Positions 1-9,718 of a stretch of DNA of 64,000 nt are shown in pieces. The stretch's first letter is position 1, and each line of letters opens with the position of its first letter. Under the pieces are notes generated by a model. The model did not search any database and was not told the origin of the DNA. It saw only the letters and a list, made by a program, of their open reading frames with translations. Source of the DNA: Candidatus Marinacidobacterales bacterium (lineage in GTDB: Bacteria; Acidobacteriota; Vicinamibacteria; Marinacidobacterales; SMYC01); assembly GCA_965224085.1 (NCBI GenBank), contig CBDCYI010000011.1:1056001-1120000 (forward strand), read 5' to 3'. Both the position numbers and the translations under genes were made by a program.

Positions 1-1046
1 ATATGAATGATGAGCGTCCCGCCCTCGGCGCGGTATTTGTAGAACGTCTCTTTGGTGAGCCGCTCTCCCGTGGCCTCCCACTGCAAGTCGCCATAGTCCA
101 TTTCCCAGACGTCTTGCCATCCCTCGTCGAAGAGCGTCGATTCGATGCTCGTCGAGCCAGCGGTATAGGGATAGAGCTCGGTCGTGATGTCGAGGCCCTG
201 CTCTTGTGCGGAGGCGATCATCTCGAGTGCAACATCGACTTTGCCGAGCGCCATGCTGTTGAGATGAACGATATGGAGCGAAGCCCCGGTCGACGCGGCG
301 TTCGCGATGGCTTCCTGGATGGCCGGAATGTCCGGGTCCCGTACGTGGGTATAAACGGGGACTCCCGCCTTGGCGGCGAACGCGTAGACGCGGAAGATCT
401 CCTGACGGGTCGCTCCCGGATAGTAGCCGACCGAAACGCCGACACCGAGAGCGCCTTCTCGGACGCCCGAGGAGAGCGTCTCGGCCATTCCGTCGAGCTC
501 GTCGAGCTCGAGCGATTCGTAGCGGGAGGTGAAGGCCGGCTGCACGGCCTCGTCGAGCTCGGGGCCATCCAGGCCTTTCTCGGCGACGATGGAGCGGATG
601 CGCGCCACGTTCGACGCGTATTTCTTCATGTCCATGAAGCGCGTCCCGCCGTGGGAAACGGTCGCCCCGAAATTGAGGATCGCGTTGCCACGGCGCGATT
701 CGATCCATTCCTTCAAGAACCGAACGCCGCTTTCGAGCTCGAGCGCCGTCGTTACGCCATCATGCGCCTGGTATTCGTTCGCCGCGTTCGTCTGGCCGTG
801 CGCGTGAAGGTCGATGAACCCGGGCGCCACGACGAGCCCGGCCACGTTCACGACTTCGGCGGCGGACAGACCCTCGGAGCTGATCTCGACGATGCGATTG
901 CCCCGGATGCCGACGTTGCGCACCGCGTCGAGACCGGTCTCCGGATCCATGACCCGGCCGCCCTCGAGCACGAGGTCGTAGCTCTCTTGAGCGCCAACGA
1001 GCGTGCACGAAAGAAGAAGGAATGTTGCTAAGAGATACTTGATCAT
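1..1046 (-). CDS. Exported amidohydrolase (N-acyl-D-amino-acid/D-glutamate deacylase-like), runs off the left edge
   Basis: Read manually, absent from the ORF track: MIKYLLATFLLLSCTLVGAQESYDLVLEGGRVMDPETGLDAVRNVGI...VVAPGFIDLHAHG...GVTTALELE. Signal peptide plus the PGFIDxHxH metal motif. The + ORF 3..1031 is its shadow. Confidence 0.85.
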   Translation of the reverse strand, partial: MIKYLLATFLLLSCTLVGAQESYDLVLEGGRVMDPETGLDAVRNVGIRGNRIVEISSEGLSAAEVVNVAGLVVAPGFIDLHAHGQTNAANEYQAHDGVTTALELESGVRFLKEWIESRRGNAILNFGATVSHGGTRFMDMKKYASNVARIRSIVAEKGLDGPELDEAVQPAFTSRYESLELDELDGMAETLSSGVREGALGVGVSVGYYPGATRQEIFRVYAFAAKAGVPVYTHVRDPDIPAIQEAIANAASTGASLHIVHLNSMALGKVDVALEMIASAQEQGLDITTELYPYTAGSTSIESTLFDEGWQDVWEMDYGDLQWEATGERLTKETFYKYRAEGGTLIIH

Positions 1047-1067
1047 TCGCGTCGTTCTCATTCGCGT

Positions 1068-2855
1068 CTACTCCACGATCGTCAGCCAGCTGAACCAGAG
1101 CGGGTGCTCGGTTTTGTACCATTGAAGCGCGTCTCGCAATATCTTCTGCTGGTCCTCCGAGATGACCTCGGGCGGGATGCGATCGAATCGTATACGTATA
1201 TTGCCACCGTCTTCGTGGTCGAGAGCTTCCGAGCACAATGTCTGGAGCTCGTTGCGAATGCGCCCGGAATCCGAGATCCGCACAGCGCGCTCGCGAAAAT
1301 TCTCACCACCGAGAAAGCGCGTCAACAAGGGATTGAAGACAAGACGCGCGCGCTTGCCGTCTTCTAAATTGCGGAGGGTGAACTGGATCGTTTTGCGGCC
1401 TTTGCGCGTCGCGAGTGCGACCGTCACCCGATAGCGGCCACCCCCGAGATCCACGACCTCGGGAGCGCCGCTATAGGGATCCAGGCACATGTAGCCGCAC
1501 GCCGCGAGCACACGCCAGCGCCGCTCTGGAAAGAAATCATCGGCGCGCACCACCGAAGTGTCGAGTGGAAGCCCAGCGTCGCGCGCCGCGCGCACGGCGT
1601 CGCGATAGTCGACGATCATCTTGTCCTCGATCGGCTCGCCCGCGATCTTGCGGAGCTGCGCTCCGAATTCTTCCGCTTCGGGATCGAGGCGCATGACGGC
1701 GCGCTCTTTCTCCCAAGACATCCGGAATCTCGAAGTCAACACCGTCATCGAAACATCGAGGCCGAGCACGGGGGCGAGGCTCGCGGCTTGCATGGCTTCG
1801 GCCGAGCCCGCATAGCCGTCGACGAGAAAGACATGCGGCTCGCCGGCGTCGTCTTTCCATGCGCCGATTTGATAAGTAGGAGCATAGCTTCCCGTATCCA
1901 CGAACGCTTCGCGTCCGTTCGGAAGCCGATAGCCGGCCTCGACGAGATGGGCCCCCGCTTTTTCCCATTGATCCCAGAGCGTCCCGAGGCGCTTCGCGCG
2001 CGTCTTTCCCGCGAGCGTCCATACGTGGACGTTCTTGCGTTTGATGCCTGGATAGGTTTGTTCGATGGCCTCGACGACTTTGCCTCGCTCGGTCCGGTAG
2101 TCGATGAGCGTCGCGCGCTCGGCGGCGGTCTCGACGACTTCTCGAGGCAAGAGTAGCGTCCCGACATAGCCTTCGTAGGGACGGCCGATACGTAGCGGCT
2201 GATCGAAAAGGTGCAGCACCGTCATGGGCCCGGTCTTTTCGCCTTTGGCGAAACGCGAAGTGTTCTCTAGCGTGTCGATGGCGGCGCTCCAAATCACGAT
2301 GCCCGAGCGCTGGCTCTCGTCATAGAACGTTTCGAAGTCGTATTCGGGATCGTTGATGAGCTTCTTGACGTGCTCGTCGATCCACTTGGCAACCTGGGGC
2401 CGCGCGTAGACCCGGCCGAAGCCGAGCTGTGGGTTCGAGCCCATCTCGGGCGACTCGCCGAGCTTGGGCATGAGACCTTCGCCGAGCGAGACCATGATCG
2501 CGTGGTTCTCGGGGAGCTGGCGCGTTGCGTACCAGAGCGACTCGCTCATGGCATAGGCCGAGATCGCGTCCGCGTCTTTTTTGACTTGGTTGAGCGCGGC
2601 GTTGTCGAGCCCTTTTCCTTCGCCGTAGCGGCCGTAGAGCTTGGTTCCGAGAGCGGTGACGGCCGCCGTCATCGCGATGAGCGATTCCATGCGCGGCGGG
2701 AGAAACGAGAACCGGGTCTCGGGCTCCCGGCGGCGCTCCTCGCTAAGCTCCACGTCCTCGAGCCAGAGATGAAAACGCCCCAAGATTGGGCTCGTGTCGA
2801 AGGCCCATTGGGCGATGAGATTTCTCTTGAGTCTTTGCTGTTCCGTCGATTTCAT
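1068..2855 (-). CDS. Large divergent GlpX (class II fructose-1,6-bisphosphatase)-fold protein
   Basis: Intact 595-aa ORF. Motifs KKDADAISAYAM, SLGEG, AAIDTLENT and GYAGSAEA match GlpX KNTADGAAVNAM, VIGEG, AVDPIEGT and GIGGAPEG in order. Confidence 0.65.
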   Translation of the reverse strand: MKSTEQQRLKRNLIAQWAFDTSPILGRFHLWLEDVELSEERRREPETRFSFLPPRMESLIAMTAAVTALGTKLYGRYGEGKGLDNAALNQVKKDADAISAYAMSESLWYATRQLPENHAIMVSLGEGLMPKLGESPEMGSNPQLGFGRVYARPQVAKWIDEHVKKLINDPEYDFETFYDESQRSGIVIWSAAIDTLENTSRFAKGEKTGPMTVLHLFDQPLRIGRPYEGYVGTLLLPREVVETAAERATLIDYRTERGKVVEAIEQTYPGIKRKNVHVWTLAGKTRAKRLGTLWDQWEKAGAHLVEAGYRLPNGREAFVDTGSYAPTYQIGAWKDDAGEPHVFLVDGYAGSAEAMQAASLAPVLGLDVSMTVLTSRFRMSWEKERAVMRLDPEAEEFGAQLRKIAGEPIEDKMIVDYRDAVRAARDAGLPLDTSVVRADDFFPERRWRVLAACGYMCLDPYSGAPEVVDLGGGRYRVTVALATRKGRKTIQFTLRNLEDGKRARLVFNPLLTRFLGGENFRERAVRISDSGRIRNELQTLCSEALDHEDGGNIRIRFDRIPPEVISEDQQKILRDALQWYKTEHPLWFSWLTIVE

Positions 2856-2890
2856 GCTTCCCCGAGGGAGAGTTATATCAGCTTCGCGAC

Positions 2891-2919
2891 TTGACGGAAA
2901 AGACGAGAGCGCCTAACCT
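2891..2919 (+). promoter_or_regulatory. Putative sigma70 promoter for the LMF/DUF4397 pair
   Basis: TTGACG-N17-TAACCT, ending 36 nt upstream of the ATG at 2956. Confidence 0.5.
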
Positions 2920-2955
2920 CCTCGCTTTGAACTACATGACGCTCGAAAGCCGCGC

Positions 2956-4491
2956 ATGAGCGACCAAGAGCTCTTCGTCCAGGACGCGCCCTCTTTCTGG
3001 GATCGCCTGTGGAGTTCCGAGACCGGCCCAAGCTATTGCATCGCGCGCTTTTTGATCCTTCGCCTTGTCGGGGTCGTCTACTTCATCGGATTTCTGACGG
3101 TCATCGATCAAGGCTTACCTCTGCTCGGGAGCGACGGACTCACGCCCGCCGCGGACTACCTCGGCCGGATCGAGAACACGCTCGGCTCGAGAAGCGCGGG
3201 CTTCGTGCAGCTCCCGAGCATTTTTTGGCTTCGCGACTCCGACCGCTTTCTCGTGCGCGTGGCCTGGCTCGGCGCGGGCGCGTCGCTCCTCGTTGTCTTC
3301 GGCTACGCCAACGCGTTAACACTCGCGTTTCTCTGGTTTCTCTACATGTCCTACGTGCATATCGGCCAAGTCTGGTATGGCTTCGGTTGGGAGATCCAGC
3401 TATTGGAAACGGGCTTTCTTGCGATTTTTCTCTGCCCACTGCTCGATGGCCGCCCGTTTCCCGCGCGGCCGCCGCCCGTCGTCGTCATCTGGCTGTACCG
3501 CTGGCTCATCTTTCGCATCATGCTCGGCGCCGGCCTCATCAAGCTGCGGGGCGATGCTTGCTGGACGGATCTGACCTGTCTCGTCTACCACTACGAGACG
3601 CAGCCCGTCCCGAACCCACTGAGCCGCTGGCTCCATCTCATGCCGCTCTGGTTCCACAAGCTAGGCGTGCTCGCAAACCATCTTTGCGAGGTCGTGGCGC
3701 CGTTTTTCGCGTTCGGCCCGCGCCGTGCGCGCCATGTCGCCGGCGTGCTTCTCGTGGGCTTCCAAGCGATGCTCATCGTGAGCGGGAACTTGTCGTTTCT
3801 GAACTGGCTCACGATCATCCCCGCACTCGCGTGTTTCGACGACACGTTTTTCGCGGGGGTGATTCCCGACGGTTGGAAGCGCCGCCTTACGAGGCTCCAG
3901 CGCGTCCCCCATCACCGCGCCCAGCAAGTGGCCGCGACAGCACTCTTCATCGTGGTCGCGTTGGGAAGTATCGGACCGGCAGCGAATCTACTGTCCTCCC
4001 GCCAGATCATGAACACGTCCTTCAGCCGACTCCACCTCGTCAATACCTATGGCGCTTTCGGGAGCGTTGGGAAGGAGCGCTACGAGCTCGTCTTCGAGGG
4101 AAGGGAGGAGGGAAGCGATGCGTGGCGCGCCTACGAGTTTCCCTGCAAGCCGACACGCGTCGACCGACGCCCCTGCGTCATCACGCCGTATCACTACCGT
4201 CTCGACTGGCTGCTCTGGTTTGCCGCAATGGGCCGCGTGCAGCAATACCCATGGGCCGCCCACCTCGTTTGGAAGCTGTTGCAAAACGATCCCGGCGCGC
4301 TGAGCCTACTGATGTCGAATCCTTTTCCCGACGCCCCGCCGCACGAGATCCGGATCGATCTCTATCGCTACGCGTTCACGCCCTCCCGGGAGGACGCTTG
4401 GTGGACGCGCGAGCGGTTGAGGAGCTGGATTCCTGCAACGAAGCTAACCGACACGTGGATGCAGGAATTTCTCAGAAGCCAAGGCTGGTAA
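2956..4491 (+). CDS. Lipase maturation factor (LMF1) family membrane protein
   Basis: GQVWYGFGWEIQLLETGF, GAGLIKLRGD, YHYETQPVPNP, SGNLSFLNWLT, NTYGAFG and PYHYRLDWLLWFAA are hallmark LMF motifs. Confidence 0.92.
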   Translation: MSDQELFVQDAPSFWDRLWSSETGPSYCIARFLILRLVGVVYFIGFLTVIDQGLPLLGSDGLTPAADYLGRIENTLGSRSAGFVQLPSIFWLRDSDRFLVRVAWLGAGASLLVVFGYANALTLAFLWFLYMSYVHIGQVWYGFGWEIQLLETGFLAIFLCPLLDGRPFPARPPPVVVIWLYRWLIFRIMLGAGLIKLRGDACWTDLTCLVYHYETQPVPNPLSRWLHLMPLWFHKLGVLANHLCEVVAPFFAFGPRRARHVAGVLLVGFQAMLIVSGNLSFLNWLTIIPALACFDDTFFAGVIPDGWKRRLTRLQRVPHHRAQQVAATALFIVVALGSIGPAANLLSSRQIMNTSFSRLHLVNTYGAFGSVGKERYELVFEGREEGSDAWRAYEFPCKPTRVDRRPCVITPYHYRLDWLLWFAAMGRVQQYPWAAHLVWKLLQNDPGALSLLMSNPFPDAPPHEIRIDLYRYAFTPSREDAWWTRERLRSWIPATKLTDTWMQEFLRSQGW

Positions 4492-4492
4492 C

Positions 4493-5248
4493 ATGACGAC
4501 GATGCGTAGCCTATTTTTTGGCGCGGCGGCGGCCGGGGGTCTCGCGATTCTCGCCGCCTGCGGAGACGACGCCGCGCCTGCCGCCCCGAGCTCCACGGCG
4601 CCCGTCTCGACGGTCGCACCGAGTGGCGCATGGTTGCGGCTCGCGAACTTGAGCGCGGACCTTGCGAGCGCCGAGGTCCAGCTCGACGGGACAACGTTGC
4701 GTCCCGCCATCGCTTATCCCGTCGTGAGCGGCTACCGGCCGATCCAACCGGGCACTCATCGCCTCCGATTCGTGCCGGGCGGGAAATCGCCGATCGATCC
4801 GAGGACGGTGGAGCTCGACGTCAAGTTCACGGTCTCGGCGGGCGGGGCGCGGACCGTCGTCGCTGCGGGCCTCGTGGACACCCGCACGCTGCGGGTCGTT
4901 GCGCTAGAGGACGACCTCACCACGAGCCCGAGCGTCGTCCGCATCCGCCTCGTCCACGCGATGTCCGACTTCCCAACGCCCCTGGAGCTTTGGTTGCGCC
5001 CCGATACGCCGCTCGTACGACGCGTGGAGTTTCTCGTCGCGAGCCCATATCGCAGCGCCGAACCCGGCAACTATCCTTTGGAGGTCCGGCGGGCGGACAC
5101 TGAAGGTCCACTTCTGCCTGCGATCCATCAAGGCCTCGCGGGAAGCGCCAGCTATACGGTTTTCGCCTTTGGCACGCTCCGCCAAACCGATTTGGATGCG
5201 AGGCTCGTCCTCGACGCGAGCCTCGGCGCCCCGACGCTATACCCCTGA
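4493..5248 (+). CDS. DUF4397-domain lipoprotein
   Basis: Lipobox LAAC; two repeats, LRLANLSAD and IRLVHAMSD, in a beta-rich sequence; starts 1 nt after the LMF stop. Confidence 0.75.
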   Translation: MTTMRSLFFGAAAAGGLAILAACGDDAAPAAPSSTAPVSTVAPSGAWLRLANLSADLASAEVQLDGTTLRPAIAYPVVSGYRPIQPGTHRLRFVPGGKSPIDPRTVELDVKFTVSAGGARTVVAAGLVDTRTLRVVALEDDLTTSPSVVRIRLVHAMSDFPTPLELWLRPDTPLVRRVEFLVASPYRSAEPGNYPLEVRRADTEGPLLPAIHQGLAGSASYTVFAFGTLRQTDLDARLVLDASLGAPTLYP

Positions 5249-5545
5249 ATCGACGCGCGCGTGCACGATCTCGAAATGTCGGACTCGCTCGTCGAAGCTG
5301 GCGAGAAGCGCCCGTGCGTCCGGCGGGACGACGGCTGCCTCCGGATCATCCCCCGCGAAACGGCGGATCGCGTCCATCGAGTCCCAAAGCGTTACGACTT
5401 GAAACGCGTGCCCGTCGCGCAACACGTAAGCGCCTCGATGCCCGTCGATTTGACGGATCTCGGGAAGAATCGTGGACTCGAGGTGGGCGAGGTAAGCATC
5501 TCCGCTGTCAGGGCGGGACGTGCCGGACCAGGTTCTCGCGATCAT
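5237..5545 (-). CDS. Antibiotic biosynthesis monooxygenase (ABM)-like dimeric alpha/beta barrel protein
   Basis: MIARTWSG...VVTLWDSMDAIRRFAGDDPEAAVV; AGGAG RBS before the ATG at 5545; 102 aa. Confidence 0.8.
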   Translation of the reverse strand: MIARTWSGTSRPDSGDAYLAHLESTILPEIRQIDGHRGAYVLRDGHAFQVVTLWDSMDAIRRFAGDDPEAAVVPPDARALLASFDERVRHFEIVHARVDSGV

Positions 5546-5566
5546 AGTAGCTCCTGAATCGTTTCC

Positions 5567-5794
5567 ATGGCGTCGAGAAGATGCACTTGTTCGGATAGAG
5601 ACATGGCGGCGAGGTTTCATGGTCCCACCGAGCCTTACGCGATCGTGAGCGCGGGGTTCGGGGTGCATTGGGAAGAGGGCAAGCTCACGACCGCGGTCAA
5701 GGTGACCAACCTCACTAATGCCGAAGTCCAGCATCATGTCTTCGGCGACATCATCAAGCGGCAGATCGTCGGCGAGTTGCGCTTTCGTTTCTGA
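5567..5794 (+). pseudogene. C-terminal remnant of a TonB-dependent receptor
   Basis: YAIVSAGFGV...VKVTNLTN...RQIVGELRFRF* has the barrel-closing strands and terminal Phe, but the upstream gene body is missing. Confidence 0.65.
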
Positions 5795-5841
5795 CACGCG
5801 CTGCCCGAGAGGTAGAATCCGCTCAAGTGGAGGCATATCTG

Positions 5842-6279
5842 ATGAGAATCTTTTGGCTCGTTTCTTTTCTCATGACGTCGAGCGCGACCGCTCAGCAAAT
5901 CGAGCGGAAGAACCCGGAGGGGATGACGCAGCCGACTGCCTATAGCCATCTCGTCAAAGTCGGGAATTTGATGTTCCTTGCCGGCCAGGTGGCGCTCGAC
6001 GGGGAGGGCAACGTCGTTGGGGAAGGCGATATGAGCGCGCAGGTTCGCCAAGTGCTCGAGAACATGAAGTCGGTGCTCACTTCCGAAGGTGCCGATTTTT
6101 CGAACGTCGTGAAGATCAACATCTTTACGACAGACATCGAGGCCTTTCGTGGCGCCGCTTCTGTGCGCCGGGAATATTTCGGGGGCCATCCTCCGGCGAG
6201 CACGCTCGTTCAAATCGAGCGGCTAGCGCGGCCGGTCTTTCTCGTAGAGATCGAAGCGATCGCGGTGGCTCTGGAGTAG
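5842..6279 (+). CDS. Exported RidA/YjgF family protein
   Basis: Signal peptide, YSHLVKVGNLMFLAGQV, PPASTLV, LVEIEAIA; GGAGG RBS. Confidence 0.88.
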   Translation: MRIFWLVSFLMTSSATAQQIERKNPEGMTQPTAYSHLVKVGNLMFLAGQVALDGEGNVVGEGDMSAQVRQVLENMKSVLTSEGADFSNVVKINIFTTDIEAFRGAASVRREYFGGHPPASTLVQIERLARPVFLVEIEAIAVALE

Positions 6280-6324
6280 CAGCTAGTCGTCGTCGAAGCC
6301 CGCAGCTAGTCGTCGTCGAAGCCC
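6279..6324. repeat. 23-bp perfect tandem duplication
   Basis: GCAGCTAGTCGTCGTCGAAGCCC occurs twice, duplicating the 3' end and stop of the convergent YkgJ-like gene. Confidence 0.9.
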
Positions 6325-6761
6325 GCGACGTGGTCCCGGCCTCGGAGGATGGTTGTGATTTCTTCCTTCTTGAAAAGCCGTCCTTTGCCGATCCCGGGGC
6401 AGAATTTCTTCTCGTATCTCCACGTGTTCGGCGCCTCGAGCGGCGTGTAGCCGTCCAGGGGCAGAAACGGGTAGGTGCGGCACTGTAATGGCCGCGCGTC
6501 GTGGACGGTGCAGCGTCGTTGGTCCAGGAAGCGGCAGTCGCCGTTTTCGACTTGGGCGAGCTCGAGCTCGCCATAGTCGCTCGTCGTGTACTCCATGACA
6601 AAGGCACGGCTCGTCATGCCGAGATGTTTCGCGAGGCGCTCGATATCCTCGGGCTCGAGAAAGACGCTCCCTTCGCGGTTCTCTCGCGTGCAGCATTTGC
6701 CGCAATCGGGCTGACACTCGAAGCGGAGCCCGCGCCGAATCCAAGTGAGCTCGTCGCTCAT
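6306..6761 (-). CDS. YkgJ family cysteine-cluster (CxxCxxCC-type) protein
   Basis: FECQPDCGKCC, DCRFLDQRRCTVHDARPLQCRTYPF, CPGIG; ATGA overlap with the upstream gene's stop. Confidence 0.88.
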   Translation of the reverse strand: MSDELTWIRRGLRFECQPDCGKCCTRENREGSVFLEPEDIERLAKHLGMTSRAFVMEYTTSDYGELELAQVENGDCRFLDQRRCTVHDARPLQCRTYPFLPLDGYTPLEAPNTWRYEKKFCPGIGKGRLFKKEEITTILRGRDHVAGFDDD

Positions 6762-7695
6762 TCGGGAGGGATGACGGGAGGGATGGCGCCGCGGCGCTCG
6801 GTGATGAGGCCGTAATGCTCGATCTGTCGGTTCTTCTCGAAATTGAAGAGCGCACGGTGGTTGTGTGCACACAGGTCGAGGTCGCAGCGCGCGGTGATGA
6901 GCTCGTCACCCTTGGTCGAGGCGACGGCGACGATCTCGCCCGATGGCGCAATGATGGCGCTTCCGCCGATGAGCTCGCAGCCTTCCTCCGTTCCGGCTTT
7001 GGCGACGCCGACCACCCAGGTGTTGTTCTGATAGGCGCCCGCTTGCATGACGAGGTGGTTGTGGAAGTGGGACAAATCGTCATAGATGGGCTCCCACGGA
7101 ATGCTCGAGGGTGTGTTGTAGCCGAGGAGGATCATCTCGACGCCCTGGAGCGCCATCACCCGGTAAGACTCGGGCCAGCGCCGGTCGTTGCAGATCATCA
7201 TTCCGAGCACACCACCCATCGTGCGCCACACGGGGAATCCGATATCGCCGACAGTCAAAATAGCGTTTCTCCAGATGTTGGAACGCGAGATCAGGCCGGT
7301 TGTCGTCGTGTCCCGGTAGATGAACTTTGCGGTATTTGCCGACGAAATTGCCATCCCCGTCGACGAGGATGGATGTGTTGTAGTGGCGTCCGCTTACGAG
7401 CTCGGCGAAGCCGAGATAGAAGCCGAGGCCGAGGGCTTTCGCTTCGTCGAAGAGTGGCTGGGTCGCCCCGGACGGCATCTCGCGCTCGAAAAAGGCGTCC
7501 ATCTCTGCATCGTCGTCGACCCACCACCGGGGAAAAAACGTTGTGAGTGCGAGCTCCGGGAAGACGACGAGATCGCACCCGCGGGTCTTCGCCTGGTGCA
7601 AGAGTGACGTCATGCGCGCCACGACTTCGGAGCGCGTCTCTTCCCGCGCTGATGGGACCGAGCTGCGCGCCAGAAACCGTCAGAAACCGGCTCAT
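6758..7695 (-). pseudogene. N-carbamoyl-D-amino-acid hydrolase (nitrilase family), two frameshifts
   Basis: Three frames join: MSRFLTVSGAQLGPI / VVFPELALTTFFPRW...YRKVHLPGH / MICNDRRWPE...GYNTP, giving the E-K-C triad. Shifts near 7645 and 7255. Confidence 0.85.
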
Positions 7696-7745
7696 CGAGA
7701 TCTCCTCTTCCTTTTAGCTCCGATGCATCGCAGCGAACGCGTCGT

Positions 7746-8243
7746 TCATGTCGGGTCGTTCGCGGCGGTGATGACATTCTCCCGGCCGCGTCTTGCGCGG
7801 TATTGCAACAAGAAGCGTTTCAGAATCCAATAGGCCATCATGGCAAAAGCGGCCGAGAGGATGAAGTTTCCGGCGACAAAAGGCACGAGCAGATTCCACG
7901 CGTCGGCGGTCAGCTCGCTCCAAAACCGTCGGGAAGATAGCGTTTCATAGTTCATTTCGGGCAAGGCTGCATCGCTCCCGAGAATGAAGACGCCGAGGCC
8001 CGTGCCGAGCGCTGCCGCGGGCGCCACGGTCCATGGGGTATTCGAGTAGACGCCGGCAAGGAAGGCGAGGCGATTGACGCGAAACAGAAGGAGGACCGCG
8101 ATCGCGATAAGCGTGTGAAAACCTATGAACGGTGAGAAGCCGACGAGCACCCCGAAACCAAAGGTCCGGGCGGTGCGCTCTGGCGGCTCATCCATGAGCA
8201 ACAACTGGCGCAGGGTGCGCCTAAACCTTCGTTTTTCGGTCAT
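7746..8243 (-). CDS. DUF2062 family membrane protein
   Basis: PPERTARTFGFGVLVGFSPFIGFHT...SNTPWT pattern with hydrophobic helices. Confidence 0.8.
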   Translation of the reverse strand: MTEKRRFRRTLRQLLLMDEPPERTARTFGFGVLVGFSPFIGFHTLIAIAVLLLFRVNRLAFLAGVYSNTPWTVAPAAALGTGLGVFILGSDAALPEMNYETLSSRRFWSELTADAWNLLVPFVAGNFILSAAFAMMAYWILKRFLLQYRARRGRENVITAANDPT

Positions 8244-8620
8244 TGCTCGAATCGCTGTTCGCCCAAGTCTTGCTCCTCCGCATGGGTTCACGGGTGTGTT
8301 CTCTGCATTTTCGCACTTTTTGATCTCGAAGGCAGAAAGGATCACTGAGGGTTCCTGAAAGCGTGGGACAAAGGCGATTCGTTGGACGACGGATGGGCTG
8401 ACTCGACTCGATCGTTGAAGATCGCGCGCTTTCGATTTAGAATAACTTCTCGCGGAGACGGCATTTCGACTGCGCTAGATGTGATGACCGATGGGCTCGG
8501 CACCCAGTTAACGAAACTTCGTGCCGGGCCGAAACGTTTGAGCGTGCGCGAGGTCGTGGTTCGTAGCTGGACATTCAGCGGCCAGGCACAGGCGTCCTGG
8601 CTGTCCGAAGGTGCGAAGCC

Positions 8621-8870
8621 ATGCGAAAGACGAGTTCTGATTCGTTCTACCCTTTGCTGGTGGGTCTGCTTTTAGCCAGTCTTCCCGCAATCGGCTCGGC
8701 CCAGTCCAAGGTCTGGATGGGCAAAGAAAAAGACTCCGAGCGATTCTTGGCGAATGCCGAGATTACGTCCGTCCGGGATGTAGGTAGCGGCGTGAATCAG
8801 CCGAAGCGGATCACGTTGAGGCAAGGGACTCGGGAGCTCGACGCATTGTGGAAGACTATCTCGAGCTGCG
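8621..8870 (+). pseudogene. N-terminal remnant of secreted Fam20C-like kinase, copy 1
   Basis: Signal peptide then FLANAEITSVRDVGSGVNQPKRITL...ALWK, homologous to the N-termini of the next two genes; similarity ends abruptly. Confidence 0.65.
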
Positions 8871-8915
8871 GCACCTTCTGGTCATCCCGAATCCGAGCTG
8901 GGTCCAAGGAGGTTG

Positions 8916-9718
8916 ATGATGTCGACATTGTGCTACGCCTGCCTCCCTCTCCTCCTCGTTGGTGCGCCGGGCGAAGCACTCGAGGAGCCGAACGCGGAGC
9001 GCGCGTCTTTCCTTCGCGAGGCTGAGGTCGTCGGCCAGGAGACGATTAGTACCGGAATCACGCGTCCGCAGTTCGTCGAGTTCCGCCGGAACGGCGTGAC
9101 GCGCCGCGCGGCTTTCAAGCGCCTCGAAGCCGAGTTCCCGCGCCGGGTCACGAAGGTGGGGGGCGAGCAGCAGCAGGGTTTGCGGGATTCGTGGAAGTTC
9201 GAGGTGGCCGCCTACGAGCTGGATCAGTACTCGGACTCGGGATGGTGCCTGTGACAGTCGTTCGAGAGGTGGACGGGCACGAAGGGGCTCTGATCGACTG
9301 GGTGGACGACATCCTGCCTGATTTCGAGACGTCTCCTGTGGGCTTCTCCCTCGCCGATTGGCAGAAACAAGTCGAAGCTGTATGGTTTTTCGACTACCTT
9401 GCCTACAATATTGATCGCACACCCGAGAACCTGCTCGTCACCAAAGGATTCAAAATCCGGCTGATCGATCACTCGCGTGCGTTTCAAAGTTTCTTGAGGC
9501 CGATGCGGCCGCTGACTCGATTTCCCGAGCTTGCGATCGACCGGCTGCGGGTGCTCGAGGAAGATGACTTTCAAAAGGCGTTGGGATCCTATCTGGACGG
9601 CGATGAAATGGAGGCCTTGCTCGAGAGAAGAAAGCGCCTGCTAGAGCACGTGGACCGACTGCTCGAAGAGCGCGCAAACGCCGAAGTGTTTTCTCGAGCT
9701 AAAGGAGAGCAACTATGA
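8916..9718 (+). pseudogene. Secreted Fam20C-like kinase, copy 2, single frameshift near 9227
   Basis: AAFKRLE...SWKFEVAAYELD / LGLGMVPVTVVR...FDYLAYNIDRTPENLL...LIDHSRAF. Confidence 0.75.

Noticed and set aside
3-1031. 342-aa plus-strand ORF
   Set aside because: Antisense shadow of the minus-strand amidohydrolase, which has recognisable motifs.
7245-7650. Programmed frameshifting in the carbamoylase and other split genes
   Set aside because: No slippery heptamers are evident and several genes have multiple shifts; decay or read error is simpler.
8400-8620. Possible riboswitch upstream of the kinase array
   Set aside because: Two GC-rich hairpins can be drawn but no known aptamer consensus was recognised; an Rfam scan would be needed.
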